Below, piece after piece: positions 36,816 to 51,378 of a stretch of 64,000 nt of DNA. This stretch comes from Chiloscyllium plagiosum. Taxonomy: Eukaryota. The stretch is from positions 24,579,853 to 24,643,852 of the forward strand of contig NC_057718.1 of assembly GCF_004010195.1 (NCBI RefSeq). The letters run 5' to 3'. The notes under the pieces were generated by a model. The model saw nothing but the letters and a program-made list of their open reading frames with translations. It was not told where the DNA came from and did not search any database. The first letter of the stretch is position 1. The number at the start of each line of letters is the position of its first letter. Both the position numbers and the translations under genes were made by a program.

Positions 36816-38109
36816 GTCTTATAGCTATTTTTAATCCATTTCTAAAATTCAACAATGTTACTTCTAACCATGTAAGCTATAATTGAATCTGTCATGGAAT
36901 ATCATAATGCAACTTTGATACATCAGTTTGACTTTGCATACACCTTAATGAAGATTTAATTGAAAATACCTACAAAATAAGCACACTACTTGAGAATTCA
37001 TAAAGATCATCGGAACAAAATTGGAAAACCCCTAAAAAAGTATACAGGGATCACAATACATTATTAAACTGTACAGCTCAATGTCATGCAGCTGGTGCAC
37101 CAACTTCATGAGGCTTACTATTTCAAATAATTACAGTATGCAGCCAGCACTAACCATAAAGTTCATCAGCTGCAAGCATCAGAAGTTTAAAATCATAACT
37201 TATACTTAAGTACCAAGTGAAGCTAGGCTGCACTGCCGAAAAGGGGTGGGGGGAGGGGGATACATTTAATCTACAGCAGCAGCAGCTAGCAATTGTGCAA
37301 GAAATTACTCTGGGAAACAGGAAAAAAACAGCATGACATGGGAGATTGAAGTTTTCTGATCATGCCTTGTCCATCTGGAAGTCGGAGGTTGAAAGTAAGA
37401 GATATGCCACAAGCAAGAAGCCCTTCAAACACACTGGAAATGGAGAAGCGATATCTGTGGCAACCAATGCCAGAAGTCATGATTTGAAGATCTGGATGCA
37501 GTGCAGATTGAAGTTCAATGGCCTCACATGAGTGGGCAAGGTTAGTGAATCCATTTCATCTTAACCACGCTACCATCTATAACACAAGCCTCACACACTG
37601 CTCAATTCATCATACCAGTGTTGCTCAATGACTAAAAATCACCAATCAGGATGCACACCTAATGTTCACCTCACCCGATATGTTTATACCATCTCAGGCC
37701 TCACAGTGACAACTAATCAAATGGTAGACTGTTGCCCAAACGCATTGCACTGCACTCACTAACTCACTTGCCTTCTAAAGAGCAAAGTGGCCACCACTGC
37801 AACCTTCTCAAAGGCAACTAAAGTCAGGCATTAATTGCAGTTGCAGCCACTGATGCTCATATGCTATGAACGAATAAAATGAAATACGGAAGCAGCAGAA
37901 GCTAACTGAAAGAGAACAGGCTCTGCTACATATTCAAACCCATATGGTTAAGCCAATGCTAACCAGTTTTGGGATGTGAACTGTAGCCAGGGATGAGGTT
38001 GATAGCATTGAAGTACCTAATCTTCTTCCTATTATCCCACTTCCCTTTCATCCAATCTGTTCGATTTACAAGTTGCAGCTGGTGTGATAATACACCTCTT
38101 ATTTGTCCC

Positions 38110-38465
38110 ATTTCTTCCAGATGGTGCATATTATGATTTTGGAAGATGTTTTCAAAGGAGGATTAATGAGTTACAGTAGTGCATCTTGTAATCAGTGCAC
38201 AATGCTGAAACTTTGGACCAATGTTACAGGGAATAAGTGTTTAAGATGGTAGATGTGATGCTGATAAAGCAAGCTGTTTTGTCCAAAATGCCATGAAACT
38301 TCTTAAATGCTATTGAAACTGCACGCATCTAAGGAAGTAGAAAGTATTCTGTTACATTCCTAACTGAATGGACAGGCTTGGGAATCATGACGTAAGTTGC
38401 TCACTGCAGAGTCCCAGTCTGATCTGCTTTTTTAATCATTATATTTATATGGCTGGTCCAGTTCA
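38110..38465 (-). mobile_element. Degraded CR1-clade LINE fragment
   Basis: Related to 56300-58150. Confidence 0.5.
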
Positions 38466-38467
38466 GT

Positions 38468-39085
38468 GCTGGAAATGTGTTGCTGGAAAAGCGCAGCAGG
38501 TCAGGCAGCATCCAGGGAACAGGAGAATCGACGTTTCGGGCATAAGCCCTTCTTCAGGAATGGGGAAAGTTTGTCCAGCGGGCTAAGATAAAAGGTAGGG
38601 AGGAGGGACTTGGGGGAGGGGCGTCGGAAATGTGATAGGTGGAAAGAGGTCAAAGTGAGGGTGATAGGTCAGACTGGGGTGGGGGCGGAGAGGTCGGGAA
38701 GAAGATTGCAGGTTAGGAAGGCGGTGCTGAATTCGATGGATTTGACTGAGACAAGGTGGGGGGAGGGGAAATGAGGAAACTGGTGAAACCCGAGTTCATC
38801 CCTTGTGGTTGGAGAGTTCCTAGCCGGAAGATGAGGCGTTCTTCATCCAACCGTCGTTTCGCTGTGGTCTGACGATGGAGGAATCCAAAGACCTGCATAT
38901 CCTTGGTGGAGAGGGAGGGGGAATGTGGAGGTGCAGGTGAATCTGTGACGGATATGGAAGTTTCCTTTGGGGCCTTGGAGGGAGGTGAGGGGGGAGGTGT
39001 GGGCGCAAGTCTTGCACCTCCTGCGGTTGCGGGGAAGGTGCCGGGAGTGGAGGTTGGGTTGGTGGGGGGTGTGGATCTGAGAGAC
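38468..39085 (-). mobile_element. Penelope-like element 3' part with hammerhead motif (38528-38560)
   Basis: EERLIFRLGTLQPQGMN, RRCKTCAH, FHIRHRFTC; terminal repeat reads cctgaagaagggcttatgcccgaaacgtc on the minus strand. Confidence 0.88.
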
Positions 39086-39883
39086 ATTGATACGATACAG
39101 AGCTGGGCTGAGAGGTGGACAAGTGTGAGGTGATACACTTTGGACGGAGTAATCGGAATGCAAAGTACTGGGCTAATGGTAAGATTCTTGGGAGTGCAGA
39201 TGAGCAGAGAGATCTCAGTGTCCATGTACACAGATCCCTGAAAGTTGCCACCCAGATTGACGGGGTTGTTAAGAAGGCATACAGTGTTTTGGCCTTTATT
39301 AATAGACGGATTGAGTTCTGGAACCAGGAGGTTATGCTGCAGCTGTACAAATATCTGGTACGGCCACACTTGGATTATTGTGTACAGTTCTGGTCAAAGA
39401 AGGATGTGGAAGCTTGGGAAAGGGTGCAGAGGAGATTTACTAGGATGTTGCCTGGTATGGAAGAAATGTCTTACGAGGAAAGGCTGAGGGCCTTGAGGCT
39501 GTTCTCATGAGAGAGAAGAAGGTTGTGAGGTGACTTAATAGAGACATACAAGATAATCAGAGGGTTAGATAGGGTGGACAGGGAGAGCCTTTTTCCAAGT
39601 ATGGGAACGGCAAACACGAGGGGACACAACTTTAAAGTGAGGGAAGATAGGTATAAGACGATGTCAGAGGTAGTTTCTTTACTCAGAGTAGTAAGGGCAT
39701 GGAATGTTTTGCCTGCAACGGTAGTAGATTCGCCAAGTTTAAGTGCATTTAAGTCATCATTGGACAGGCATATGGACGTACATGGAGTAGTGTAGGTGGG
39801 ATGGGCTTTAGATTAGTAAGAAAGGGCGGTGCAACATCGAGGGCCGAAGGGCCTGTACTGCGCTGTAATGTTCTATGTTCTAT
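39086..39883 (+). mobile_element. CR1 ORF2 3' portion
   Basis: KCEVIHFGR, LVRPHLDYCVQFWS, ERVQRRFTRMLPG; (TTCTATG)n tail. Confidence 0.92.
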
Positions 39884-40325
39884 GTGTGTGTGTNNNNNNN
39901 NNNNNNNNNNNNNNNNNNNNNNNNNNNNNNNNNNNNNNNNNNNNNNNNNNNNNNNNNNNNNNNNNNNNNNNNNNNNNNNNNNNNNNNNNNNNNNNNNNNN
40001 NNNNNNNNNNNNNNNNNNNNNNNNNNNNNNNNNNNNNNNNNNNNNNNNNNNNNNNNNNNNNNNNNNNNNNNNNNNNNNNNNNNNNNNNNNNNNNNNNNNN
40101 NNTGTGTGTTTGTGTATGTATATATGTGTGTGTGCGCGTGTCTGTGTGCACGTCTGTGTATATGTGTGTGTGCATCTGTGTGTTTGTGTATGTGTGTGTG
40201 TGTCTGTGTGTGTGTTTGTGTGTGTGCATATATGTGTGTGTGTTTCTGTGTGTATGTTTGTGTGTGTGTGTATATGTGTGTGTATATGTGTGTGCGTTTG
40301 TGTGTGTGTGTATGTGTACACATAC
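39884..40325. repeat. Imperfect (TG)n microsatellite containing an assembly gap (39894-40102)
   Basis: Directly visible; follows the CR1 tail. Confidence 0.97.
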
Positions 40326-41454
40326 GTGCATCATGTTTCTGGGGCTCTAAAAGCCCTTGTTGTAAGTTGGTTATTAGTTGTTGTAGGTTGCTGAATTTCT
40401 CATGCTATGTTAATAATTTTGTCCTTAGGCAGTTAAATCTACACAGTAACATCTTCACTTTATTCTGATTTTCTGACCAGCCTCAGTCATGCAAGAGGTA
40501 CAGTGAAGATCTTTTAATGAAATTTTATGGATTTCTTAAACCAGCATGTAACTAGCACCAATCTGCACTTTAAAAAAGTAACTCCCTCTTGTCCTTCTCA
40601 AAACATATGTTGCTAGTGAATGAATTGTTTGGCGATATACAACTTTTATTTTACACCACAAACATTACGCTGCTACTTCCCAATAGATGCAACAACGAGA
40701 TGCATGAAAATGCATTACAAAAACAATGGTGTGTTGAAACTATTTAAATATATTGGAATGCTTATTATAACATGGCAAAGCTGTTGCTGCATAGAAGTAT
40801 GTCATACAAAAGATGGATACAAAAGATTGCAAATTATTTAAAATATATTGCAGAACATTATAAAGGGTCTTTTTATTACTGCATTTATGATGGAGCTGAT
40901 AGTACCTTACCTTGCAGTATAACAACAGAGACTTGAGACTGCACTGTGAAAGAGAATTAATAACTGTTGGCCATCCTTCTAAGCTTTTAGCCTAGGTTAT
41001 TATCCATATTTCCAAGTTTGCATTGTTCATTCCTCTAAAGGGTAGTTAAATTGCTTGTTGGAACATTATAATCAAGCTTTTCTTACTGATTTTGAGGCCA
41101 AAAATTTCAACTTAGTGCATGCATTTCCCAGAACCATGATAATATTGTTTAAAAAAATACAAAATTATTGATTGTTATCAAAATTATCCAACAAGTTTGA
41201 TCTTAAACTTCCTGCTACCAGTAGAGGACTGTGTATTCTATGTGAAAGAATTTTTTTTTATTCATAAGCAGAATGCTTTCATTGTTTAAGTTTTTTAAAA
41301 ATAAACTTACAGTAGATGCTAGAGAGGTACCAATGGGGCAAATTATTTATTGTTGGCTTTTATTTTTCACTATTCTAGGCCTTGGAATAGCACATAGTTA
41401 GTCTAATATTGTAAAGTCTGTAATAATTGAATATGTTTCTAATGTAATTTAAAG

Positions 41455-41800
41455 TTATACAGATATACAACATAGAAACAGACCCTTTGGTCTGACATCC
41501 ATGCCAACCAGAAGTCCTGAATTAATCTAGTTCCTTCCTACAGCAGGGAGACCAGAATTGAATGCAGTATTCCAAAAGTGACTTAACCAGTGCCCTGCAC
41601 AGCTGCTACATGACCTCTCAACTCCTTTACTCAATGCACTGATCAATAAGGGCAAACATACCAAATGCCTTCTTCACTATCTTGTCTACCTGTAACTCCA
41701 CCTTCAAGGAACTCTAAACCTGTACTCCATGGTTCTGCAACACACCCCAGTACCTTGCCATTAAGTGTACAAGTCCTGCCCAGATTTGCCTTTCCAATTT
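41455..41800 (-). mobile_element. CR1 3' fragment, internally deleted
   Basis: Reverse complement encodes LVKSLLEYCIQFWSP; tail near 41455. Confidence 0.75.
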
Positions 41801-42380
41801 GTTGTCATTAAATCTTTTTGATTTAAAAAGAAATTGCACCATAGTTGAAGTAACAAACATTAGTATGATCTTATTATCATCATAACTTTATTTTTATAGC
41901 ATAAATGTTGAGAATAGGAGTCCCTCTGATATGGTCACTCGAAGTAACTCCTGCAGATTAGCAAGTTCCATTTTGAAGGAGTATGACTGGATTTGAAACA
42001 TTAGCTCTGTCTTCTGTCACAAATGCTGCTAGACCCATTGAGTTTCCCAACACTTTCTGTCAATGCTTTGCATATTTTCAAGACTGACAGTAACAGGAAG
42101 ACTTGCAGACTTTAACAAAGTTGCCAAGTTAAGGCTGCTCAATAGTACATAGACCAGTTAGAAACAAAGTATTGATGAGTGTTGGCTATTTAATGCTGAT
42201 CTCTCAAGGTCCTGTACATTAATTTTATTTTAGAAGGATATCACAGCAAATCAACCTCTTTATTCTCAGGCTGTGGATAATGATACTAAAGCTGAGTCAG
42301 CTCTTTTCCAACTCAATCTACATACATAATGGTGACTTGCTCATTTGCACACATTCCAAAGTAGGGTATACATTTGGTAG

Positions 42381-42486
42381 GAGAAAGTGAGGTCTGCAGA
42401 TGCTGGAGATCAGAGATGGAAATGTGTTGCTGGAAAAGCGCAGCAGGTCAGGCAGCATCCAGGGAACAGGAGAATCGACGTTTCTC
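42381..42486 (-). mobile_element. Penelope family-A mini-insert
   Basis: gagaaagtgaggtctgcagatgctgg...gacgtttc, bounded by acatttggtag (42370-42380, 42487-42497). Confidence 0.75.
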
Positions 42487-42864
42487 ACATTTGGTAGCAC
42501 TGCAGATGATCAGGAAACTTCCTAGATCTTAGCACTACAGTTCCAGTTTTGGAACTGGAAATAACCTGTAATGCAATGTTTTAAAACATTTTTCTTAATT
42601 CACCAAAAAATCCAAAACGTGCACTGAAATCGCAAGTTTCAAAACACCAGCTCCAGCATCGACTGTCTAGCTGTCAAACTTCTTGGACCAGGATGAAGAT
42701 AACACTTGCTCTTGAAGTTAAAGAAAAATTACACCTTCAGATGTTATTTAAAACCTTAAATACTGACTTCTCATCAAAGCACAGCCAGCTTGCCTCCTTG
42801 GGTCTTAACAGAGGACAAACGTATTTCAAAGAAAAATGTTAGCCAGAATTTAACATTTTTTCTC

Positions 42865-45800
42865 CTCCTCCTCTGAAGATGAATCCGGGGGAAAGTGGGG
42901 ACATTTGGGGTAGGCATGATCCGTACAAGAAGGAGGGACACTAATATCCTGGCAGGGAGATCTGCTAGTGCCACTCGGGAGGGTTTATACTTGTTTGGTG
43001 AAGGGAGGTGGTGGGGGGTGGGGTACAATTGCAGTAATTCAGCAAGTAAAATGACTGCAAGGCTGAAAGAAAGAACAGACAGGGGAGGTTACAGTACATG
43101 GTAGGACTGGCAGTGCATTTGTAGTGCGGAGAGTATGACAGGTAAGACAGATGAACTTAGAACTTAGATTTATACATATAACTATGATGTTGTAACTATT
43201 ACAGAGACTTGGCTGAGAAAGGGACAAGACTGGCAGCTGAATGATCCAGGATTTAGATGTTTCAAATGTGATAGAGAATAGTGTAATGGAGTGGAGGAAT
43301 TACGTTACTGATTAGGGAGAAAATCACAGCTGTATTGAGGGAGGACACCTGGAGGGCTCATCAGGTGAGGCCATATGGGAATAATAAGGGTGCAATCACT
43401 TTAAATTGTATTACATGCCTCCCAATAGCCAGTGGGTGCTGGAGGAACCAGACATATGGACAAATTACCGAGAAATGTGAAAACTATAGAATTGTTGTGG
43501 TGGGTGATTTTAACTTCACTTACATTGCCTGGAATTTACTTGATGCCGAGGCTTGGGCATTAGGTGTGTCCAGGATGGTTTTTTGAAACAACATGTAAAT
43601 AGTCCAGACTAGCCCTGGTATCAGAGAATGAGCAGGTGAGTGAAGGTTCAGTGGGGGAGCATTTCGGAAACAGTGACCATAAATCTGTCAAGTTTTAAGT
43701 TAATTATGGATAAGAATAAGAGTAGTCCTTGGGTGAAACTATTAAATTGGGGGAAGACAAACTATTGAAATATTAGGCAGGAACTGGGAAATGAAGACGG
43801 GGGCTGCTGTTTGAGGGTAAAGCCATATCTGGCATGTGGTATTCTTTCAAAGGCCAGTTGATTAGAACTCAGGACAGCATGTCCTTATGAAAATGAAGGA
43901 CAAGGATGGCAAGATTCAGGAAGTTTGGATGACAAAAGAAATTGAGAGCTTAGTCAAAAAATAAAGGAGGCATACATAAGATTTAGAAAACTGAAGACAG
44001 ACAGAGCCCTTGAAGAATGTAAAGAAAGCAGGAAATAACTTACAGAAGGAATTAGAAGGGTTAAAAGAAGTCATGAAATGTCTTTCACAAACAGTGTTAA
44101 TGAAAATTCTAAGGTGTTTTATACATATATTAGGAGCAAGAGAATAGCTCGGGTAATGGTAGGTCTACTCAAGGACAAAGGAGGGAATTTATGCTTGGAG
44201 CCACAGGAAGTGGCTGAGGTCTTTAACAAATACTTCACATTTGTATTCACAAAGGAGAAGGACATTGTGGATGGTGAGTCTTGGGAGGGGGATGTTGATG
44301 TTCTGGGGCATGTCAACATACAAAAGGTGTTGGGTGTGTTAAAAAGCATTAAGGTAATGAAGTACCCAGAACCTGATGGGATCGATCAAGAATGCTGATG
44401 GAGGCAGGTGTGGAAATTGCTGGGGCCCTGTATGAAATCTTTATATCGTCTTTCATCACAGAAGAGTCCCAGCGTTCTGAAGAATTGCCAAATATTGTTC
44501 CTTGGTTTAAGAAGGGCAACAGGGCCAGTGAGTCTTATGTCAATGGTAGGGAATTTATGGAGAAAATTCTTAGGCATAGGATTGACTCACATTTAGAAAA
44601 ATATGGATGCATTAGGAACAGGCAGCATGGCTTTGTGTGGTGAAGGTCATGTTTCACAAACTTGATTGAATTTTTTGAGCAAGTGACAAAGATGATTGAT
44701 AAGGACAGGGTGATAGATGTTGCCTGTATGGACTTTAGCCAGGCCTTTGACAAGGTCCCTCATGGCAGGCTGATATAAAAGATAAAGTTACATAGAAACC
44801 ATGGTAATCTGGTAAGATAGATACAGAACTGGCTTAGTCAAAGAAGAGAGAGTAGTGGTGGAAGAGTCTTTTTCTGACTGGAGATCTGTGACCAGTGATG
44901 CTCCGTAGGGATCGACGCTGGGATCCCTGTTGCATATGATGTTTATAAAGTGAGGTGGAGGTGGTCGACAGCTTCAAGTTCCTACGAGTAACTATCACCG
45001 ACAATCTACTGTAGTTCATCCATGTTGATGCTACAGTTGAGAAAGCACACCAAATTTTCACCTTCCTCAGAAGACTAAGGAAATTCAGCATTTACACAAT
45101 GAATCATACCAATTTTTATAGATGCACCATAAAGAGCATTCTATCCAGTTGCATCAGAGCTAGGTATGGCAACTGCTTTGCCCAAGACTACAAGAAATTA
45201 GAGAGAGTTGTGAACACAGCCCAGCTCATCATGAAAACCAGCTTTCCTTCCATTGACTCCGTCTACACTTCCCACTGCCTCAGGAAAGCAGTCAACATAA
45301 TCAAAGGCCTCTCCCACCCCGGTTATACTCTGCTTCACCATCTCCCATTGGGTAGAAGACACAAACGTTTGAAAACACATGTCAATGGACTCAAGAATCA
45401 CTTCTTCCCCACTGTTATCAGACTTATGAACGAACCTCTCATGTATTAGAATTGATCTGTCTCTGCACCTTATCTGTAGCTGTAACACTATATTCTGCAT
45501 TCTGTTCTATTACCCTGATGTACTTATGTGGTTGTCTACTCTGGTTAGCATGACTTGTCTGGTTAGCATGCAAACAATACTTTTGACTGTATCTTGGTAC
45601 ATGTGACAATAATAAATCAAATCAAATTAAAAGATTTGGAGGCCTGATTAGTACATTTACAGGTCACACAAAGGTTTGAGGAGCTGCGGATAGTGAGGAA
45701 GATTGTCAAATGATATAGCAAGATATAGATAGGCTGGAGAGTTGGGTGGAAAGGTGGCAGATCGAGTTTAAACTGGACAAATGCGAGGTGATGTATTTTG

Positions 45801-46535
45801 GAAGAGCTAAAGAAGGAAGGAAGCATACAGTAATTTGCAGAGCCTTTATTAGCATCAACATACAGAAAATTTAAGGGTTTCAAGTTCACAGTTCCCTGAA
45901 AGTGGCAACACAAGTGGATAAGGTGATCAAGATAATATATGGCATGTTTGCTTTCATTGATCAAGACCTGGAGTATAAAAACTGGCAAGTCATGTTGGAG
46001 CTGTATAGAACTTTAGTTAAGGCACATTTGCAATATTGTGTGACCAACTACATGCAGAACGTGAGGGCTTTGGACAGAAAATGGTTAAAGAAAAGGTTTA
46101 TCAGGATGTTGCCTGGTTACAGAAAAGGTTTACTAGGATGTTGCCTGGTTTGGACGATATTAGCTGTAAGGGGAGATTAGAAAAAATTGGTTTGTTTTCA
46201 CTTGAACATCAAAGGATGAGGGGTGACCTGATAGAAGTTTACAAAATTATGAGAGGCATGGATAGTCCGTGTCATTCTCCCAGTGTAAAAATGTCAATTA
46301 CAAGGCGATATGGGTTTCCCATAAACGGAGGTAAGTTTAAAGGAGATGTGAGAGGCCAGCTTTTAATATAGAGGGTGATAAGTTCATGGAATACACTGCC
46401 AGAGGTGGTGGTGGAGGTGGATGTGATAGCAACATTTGAGAGGCATTTTGAAAGATATATAATTAGGCAGGAAATAGAGGGTTATACACTGCATGAAGGC
46501 GAAAGGTTTTTAGTTTAGAAAGGCGTCATGTGTCA
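42865..46535 (+). mobile_element. Long decayed CR1 (ORF1 esterase end plus most of ORF2)
   Basis: VVVGDFNF, NKYFTFVFTKE, PEPDGI, SCFTNLIEFFE, MDFSQAFDKVPH, RMRGDLIEVYKIMRG. Confidence 0.9.
44945..45630 (+). mobile_element. 5'-truncated Rex-Babar-type LINE nested in CR1
   Basis: VEVVDSFKFL, FLRRLRKF, TNFYRCTI..ILS..I..YGNC, KNHFFPTVIRLMN; (AAATC)n tail. Confidence 0.8.
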
Positions 46536-47599
46536 GCATGATGCAAGGTCAGCAAGCAGCCACTCCACTGCTGTCAACGTTGATTCCTCCTGCCCTCAGC
46601 CTCTCTTTATGCCCATGATTCTGCCCACGCTTAACTCTACTAGCGATCCATGTCTGATCTCTCCAAGAGTCTAAGACCAGCATTAGCTGCATGCTAGGTG
46701 GCACTGCCAGCACAGTACAGATGTCAGTCTCCTATAGGTTTCGGGAGCAGGGGTTCTACCCTATTAGGCCTGAAAATGTCCAGGTTAAGAGCCTGATTAC
46801 ATGATAATTACATCAGACTTTGCAGATTCCCACTGGTTCTTCCACTGATGGATTAAAATCCCAGTAACACTTGTTGTATTTGGTGATATTGTGTGATAAA
46901 CCTAATATTCCAATGCTACAATATTAAAATGAAACTTCTATGCATTTTGTGTAAAAGGTCTGTGCTCACCTTAAGGTATCACAAGGGGTTGATCTGTAGC
47001 AGAATGCAAAAAGATGCGGTGATGTGGTCTCTAATCAATCTTTCTCATTCTGCACAACTTGAGACTAAAAGAAATAGGAACAGGAGTAGGCAGTTCAGCC
47101 CCTTGAGCCTGCTCCATCTTTCAATAGGATGGTGGCTAATCTGACATTTCCTCACATCCACTTTTCTGCTCTTTCCTCATAAACCTTGACTTCTCTTTTT
47201 TTAATATAAATTTTTTATTAAATTTTTTTTCTTTTTTTTACAAAGCAACTACATATTAAAAAAAACAAAATACAAGAAGATAGAGGTAATACAACAATGT
47301 CATATCACAATACTATTCATAATAAATTACCTAACATTCTACCAGAACAACGTACCTACTTAAACTAAACTACAATCAAATTAAATAAAAATTAAACTAA
47401 GCTGAATTCAGAGTAATTTAAATTAAATTATATCATATTACTTTATTCTATTTCGCTCACCACTTCTCCACTGAAGCTCCCACCCCTGGGAGTACCAGTC
47501 ATTGTACCCCTATTTTTGTCCCCCAGCTTCCCCTCCCAGGGCCCCATAGGCGCCTAAACTGATTCCCACGGCTATATCACGGCCTTAATTAATATTGCC

Positions 47600-50500
47600 G
47601 ATAAATCCGCATTAATAGAATTTAGAAAGGGCTGCTATGTCTTATAAAGCTGCTCGGTTTTGTGGTGTACGTCCTTTTTGTGAGGTAGTCTTGGGGGAGA
47701 TGCTCCATCACCACCCTGCGCCACCACATAAAACCTGGGGTTTTTTCCAACATCCAATTCATTAAAATGTTCTTCCTTGCACGGTGGGTAAGAATGTTGC
47801 ACAGTGTCTTCCTGTGTTCCCCCAGAGAGGGCAAATTTGGGAACCCCAAAGGGAGAAATACTGGGTCCATTTTGACTTCAATTCTCAGGATTTCCTTCAG
47901 CTCCCTTACTATGACACTCCAGTTTCTCTGGATCTTACAACATGACCAAAAGCAGTGTGTAAGAGTGTGTATAGTAATCTTACCTTTGGGACACCCTGGA
48001 GATGCTCCTCTCTTTAACTTAGCTAGCCTCTCTGGTTCCATGTGAGCTCTGTCTAAAATCTTCAATTGCATGGCCTGTACTTTGTTACATATTGAAATTT
48101 TCTTTACATTTTCCCACATATCTTCCCATGTTGCCAGTGAAATATCCTCTCTTAGTTCCCGATTCCAATCCTACAGAGTCTCTCCCATCTCCTTTCTGTA
48201 AATGATGCAAAGTACTAACTGAAAGAGGGCCTATGCACTGGTGCACTCTTTTCTCCATGTCTGACTTATAAGGGTGAGCCAGGAGCATGGCCTTTCTTTG
48301 TATATAATCCCTTAACTGAAAGGACCAGAAAAGGTCTCTATTAGACAATCCATATTTCTGACTTAGTTGGCTCAATGATATCAAGACCACCCCCTCAAAT
48401 AAATCTCCCAGACAGGAGATTTCTTTATTCTCCTATAGCTTAAAGTCAGAGTCTATTGCCTCAAGTTTAAATCCTTGGGCTCCCAGCAACAGGGTAAACG
48501 GTGAGGTCCTAGACCAATTGCCCTCGTCTTTCCTCATTATCATCCAGGATTTCACTGTATTTAAAATGATTGGGCTCTTATACTGCTTGATCATGGATTT
48601 CATCTTATCCATAAATAAAAGATTAACTAGGTGACATCGCAACTGCGAAGCTTCAATGTCAAGCTAAATCAACCCTGAATCCCCCTGTCACCCACATATG
48701 CTAACAGGGCGCTTACTTGATATGTCTTCAAGTTTGGAAGGTCCACCCCCACCTCACCTGGTGAGAGCTGCAATTTAGTAAATTTAATTAAAGGGCACCT
48801 GTGACACCAGATAAAGGATCCAAGCCAACCATTGAGCCTCCATAACACTCATCTGGGTAGCAACAACAAGAGCATTCTCATGGGGTACAACAGGCGAGGA
48901 AGAATATTCATTTTAATCAGGGCTATTCGGCCTAACCATGATAACTGTAATCCCTCCCACTACTGCAAATCCTGTTTTATCCTTTCTAGTAGTTGTACAT
49001 AGTTAGTTAGCTTTGTACAGCTGATGGGAGGCAGGGGTAATAAAAATTCCCAAATACAAAAACCTTTTGACGACCATCTAAATGGGAACTGCATTCCATC
49101 GTCCAGGTCAGGCACCTCCACTAATCCCCCCACCAGCATGGCTTCCAATTTTGTGAAGTTGATCCTTTATCTCGCAAAACTGCCAAATAAATAAATTTTT
49201 TGTATCAATCAAGGAACCAACTCCTCTGGATTTGTCAAGAACTAAAGGACATCATCAGTGTATAGGGTGATTTTATGCTCCCCCATTCCAACCTTTGGCG
49301 CCACTATTTCAGGGTCCCTCCTGATAGCCTCAGCTAATGGCTCAATTGCCAAGGTAAATAGCAGCAGTGAGAGAGGACACCCCTGTCGACTACCTCTCCC
49401 AATACTAAAATTATCTGACTTAGTACCGTTTGGGATGACTGCCGCTTTAGGATCATGATACAATACCACCACCCATCTGGCAAAGACTTCCCCCAGACCA
49501 AACAGGTACGGCCATTCTATCAAGTCAAATGCCTTTTCCGCATCAATTTTTGCTGGCATACCTGCACTTTGTTCAAGAAGCTACGGCCCCTGATAAAACC
49601 CATCTGACCTTCTTTCATAATATGGAGCAATACCTTTTCCAATTTCAGGGCCAGCACCTTTGATAGAATTTTAAAGTCTATATTCGACAATGAAATTGGT
49701 CTGTATGAAACACATTCTTTGGGGTCTTTCCTCTTCTTTAAAATGAGGAGATATTAACCTCCCTACAAGTGGGCAGAAGACAATCCTGTGTATGAGAATA
49801 GCTATACATCTCCAGAAGTGGCTCCACCAACACGTTTATGAATTCTTTATAAACTCACTTGGGAATCCATCTGGTCCTGGTGCTTTGCAACCCTGGAGAT
49901 GCTTTTTTGCTTCCTGCACCTCTTGTATTGTCACAGGCACATTTAACAGGGAAACCTGTTCTGTGTTGAAACTGGGGAGGTCCAGATTCTCAAAAAAGGA
50001 CTGCATTCTCACTGCACTGTCTTTGCTGTCCTCTGACTGGTATAATGCTGCAAAGTATTCTCTAAATCTAAAATTGATCTTTTTCAGCTCACGGGTAACT
50101 GTGCCAATCTTCTCTCTAAATGACATAATGGATTGGGAAGTATTTTTCTTTCTAGCCAGATATGCCAGATATCTACCTGGCTTATCTCCAAATTCAACCA
50201 ATCTTTGTTTAGCAAAGGAGATCTCTTTTTTTGCCACCTGTGTGTGCAATGAGTTGAGAGCAGCCCGGAGAGCTGTGACCCGCTGCAGCTTGACCAATGA
50301 AGGCCTATTATAATCTTCCTCAGCTACCTTCAGCCAGGTCTCCAGCATCCATTGTTGGTCCTCCCTCTGCCTTCTTCTAGTCGCTGAATACAAAGTGATC
50401 AGGTCTGGTATATATGCCTTAGTGGCCTCCCAAAGTATTGCTGGATTACTGGCCATACCCAAATTGATATCCCAGAAGGCCCTGAACTCTCTTGTAACGT

Positions 50501-51378
50501 ACTCAATAAATTTGCTTTCCCTTAACAGGAATAGGTCCATGCGCCAGTGCCGTGCATCTAGTCTGCCACCCTTGATTTTAACATCACTGTTAAAAGTACA
50601 CTGGCGCATGGTCTGAGATAGTTATATTCCCAATTTTACAAGCTAATGTTCTGTCCAAACAAGTCGATGGCATAAGGAACATGTCAATTTGTGTGTGGCA
50701 CTTGTGTGGGAGAAAAGTCTCTTCCATTAGGGTGAGATCTCTAGTGAATTGAGGTTTACTTAGGTGTTTATTTAAGTTAAATGTTGTGGATAGGTTTTTA
50801 GTTGCAGTAAAGTCTCTTCCATTAGGGTGGAGATGCCTCCACACATCCTCTAATCCCAACTCCTGAAACAAGTCTACCAACTGTCGTCATTGCGCAGGGG
50901 TACCTGCCAGGCCCCTTGGCATCTTGCCTACTCCGAGATCCATCAGGCGATTAAAATCCCCTCCCGTGATCGTGTGGTGCACCACAAGATTCATTAATTT
51001 AGCAACTGCATCAATTATCAATTTAAGAGGGTACGCCGGGAGACAATAAACATTAAGGATGCCATACTCTTCTCCACGTATTAGAACTTTAAGAATGATG
51101 AACCGTCCATGTTCGTCCTTAATTTGCTCAGTTACCTGGAATGGGAGGTTCCTTCTTACCAGTATCGCCACTCCTCCACTCTTGGAGCGAAAGGAGGAGA
51201 AGAATACCCTGTCATAACACCCCTGCTGCAGCTTCAGATGTTCCTTATCAGTTAAATGCGTCTCTTGCAACAGGGTGATGTCAACCTTTTCCTTCCTAAG
51301 GCTTGACAGTACCTTCTTTCCTGTAATGGGGGAATGGCTCCCTTTTACATTCCAGGAGCACCACAAATCACTAGCCAT
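47600..51378 (-). pseudogene. L1 ORF2 remnant (APE endonuclease, RT, C-terminal Cys-His)
   Basis: SWNVKG, LLQETHL, GGDFN, SDHAPV, KAPGPDGF, DAEKAFD, GSRQGCPLSLLLF, LYTDDVL, HCFWSC. Confidence 0.92.

Noticed and set aside
39749..40468. His/Thr- and Val/Cys-rich ORFs
   Set aside because: Translations of the (TG)n microsatellite and N gap
46090..46150. ~32-bp tandem duplication
   Set aside because: Ordinary slippage within decayed CR1 ORF2
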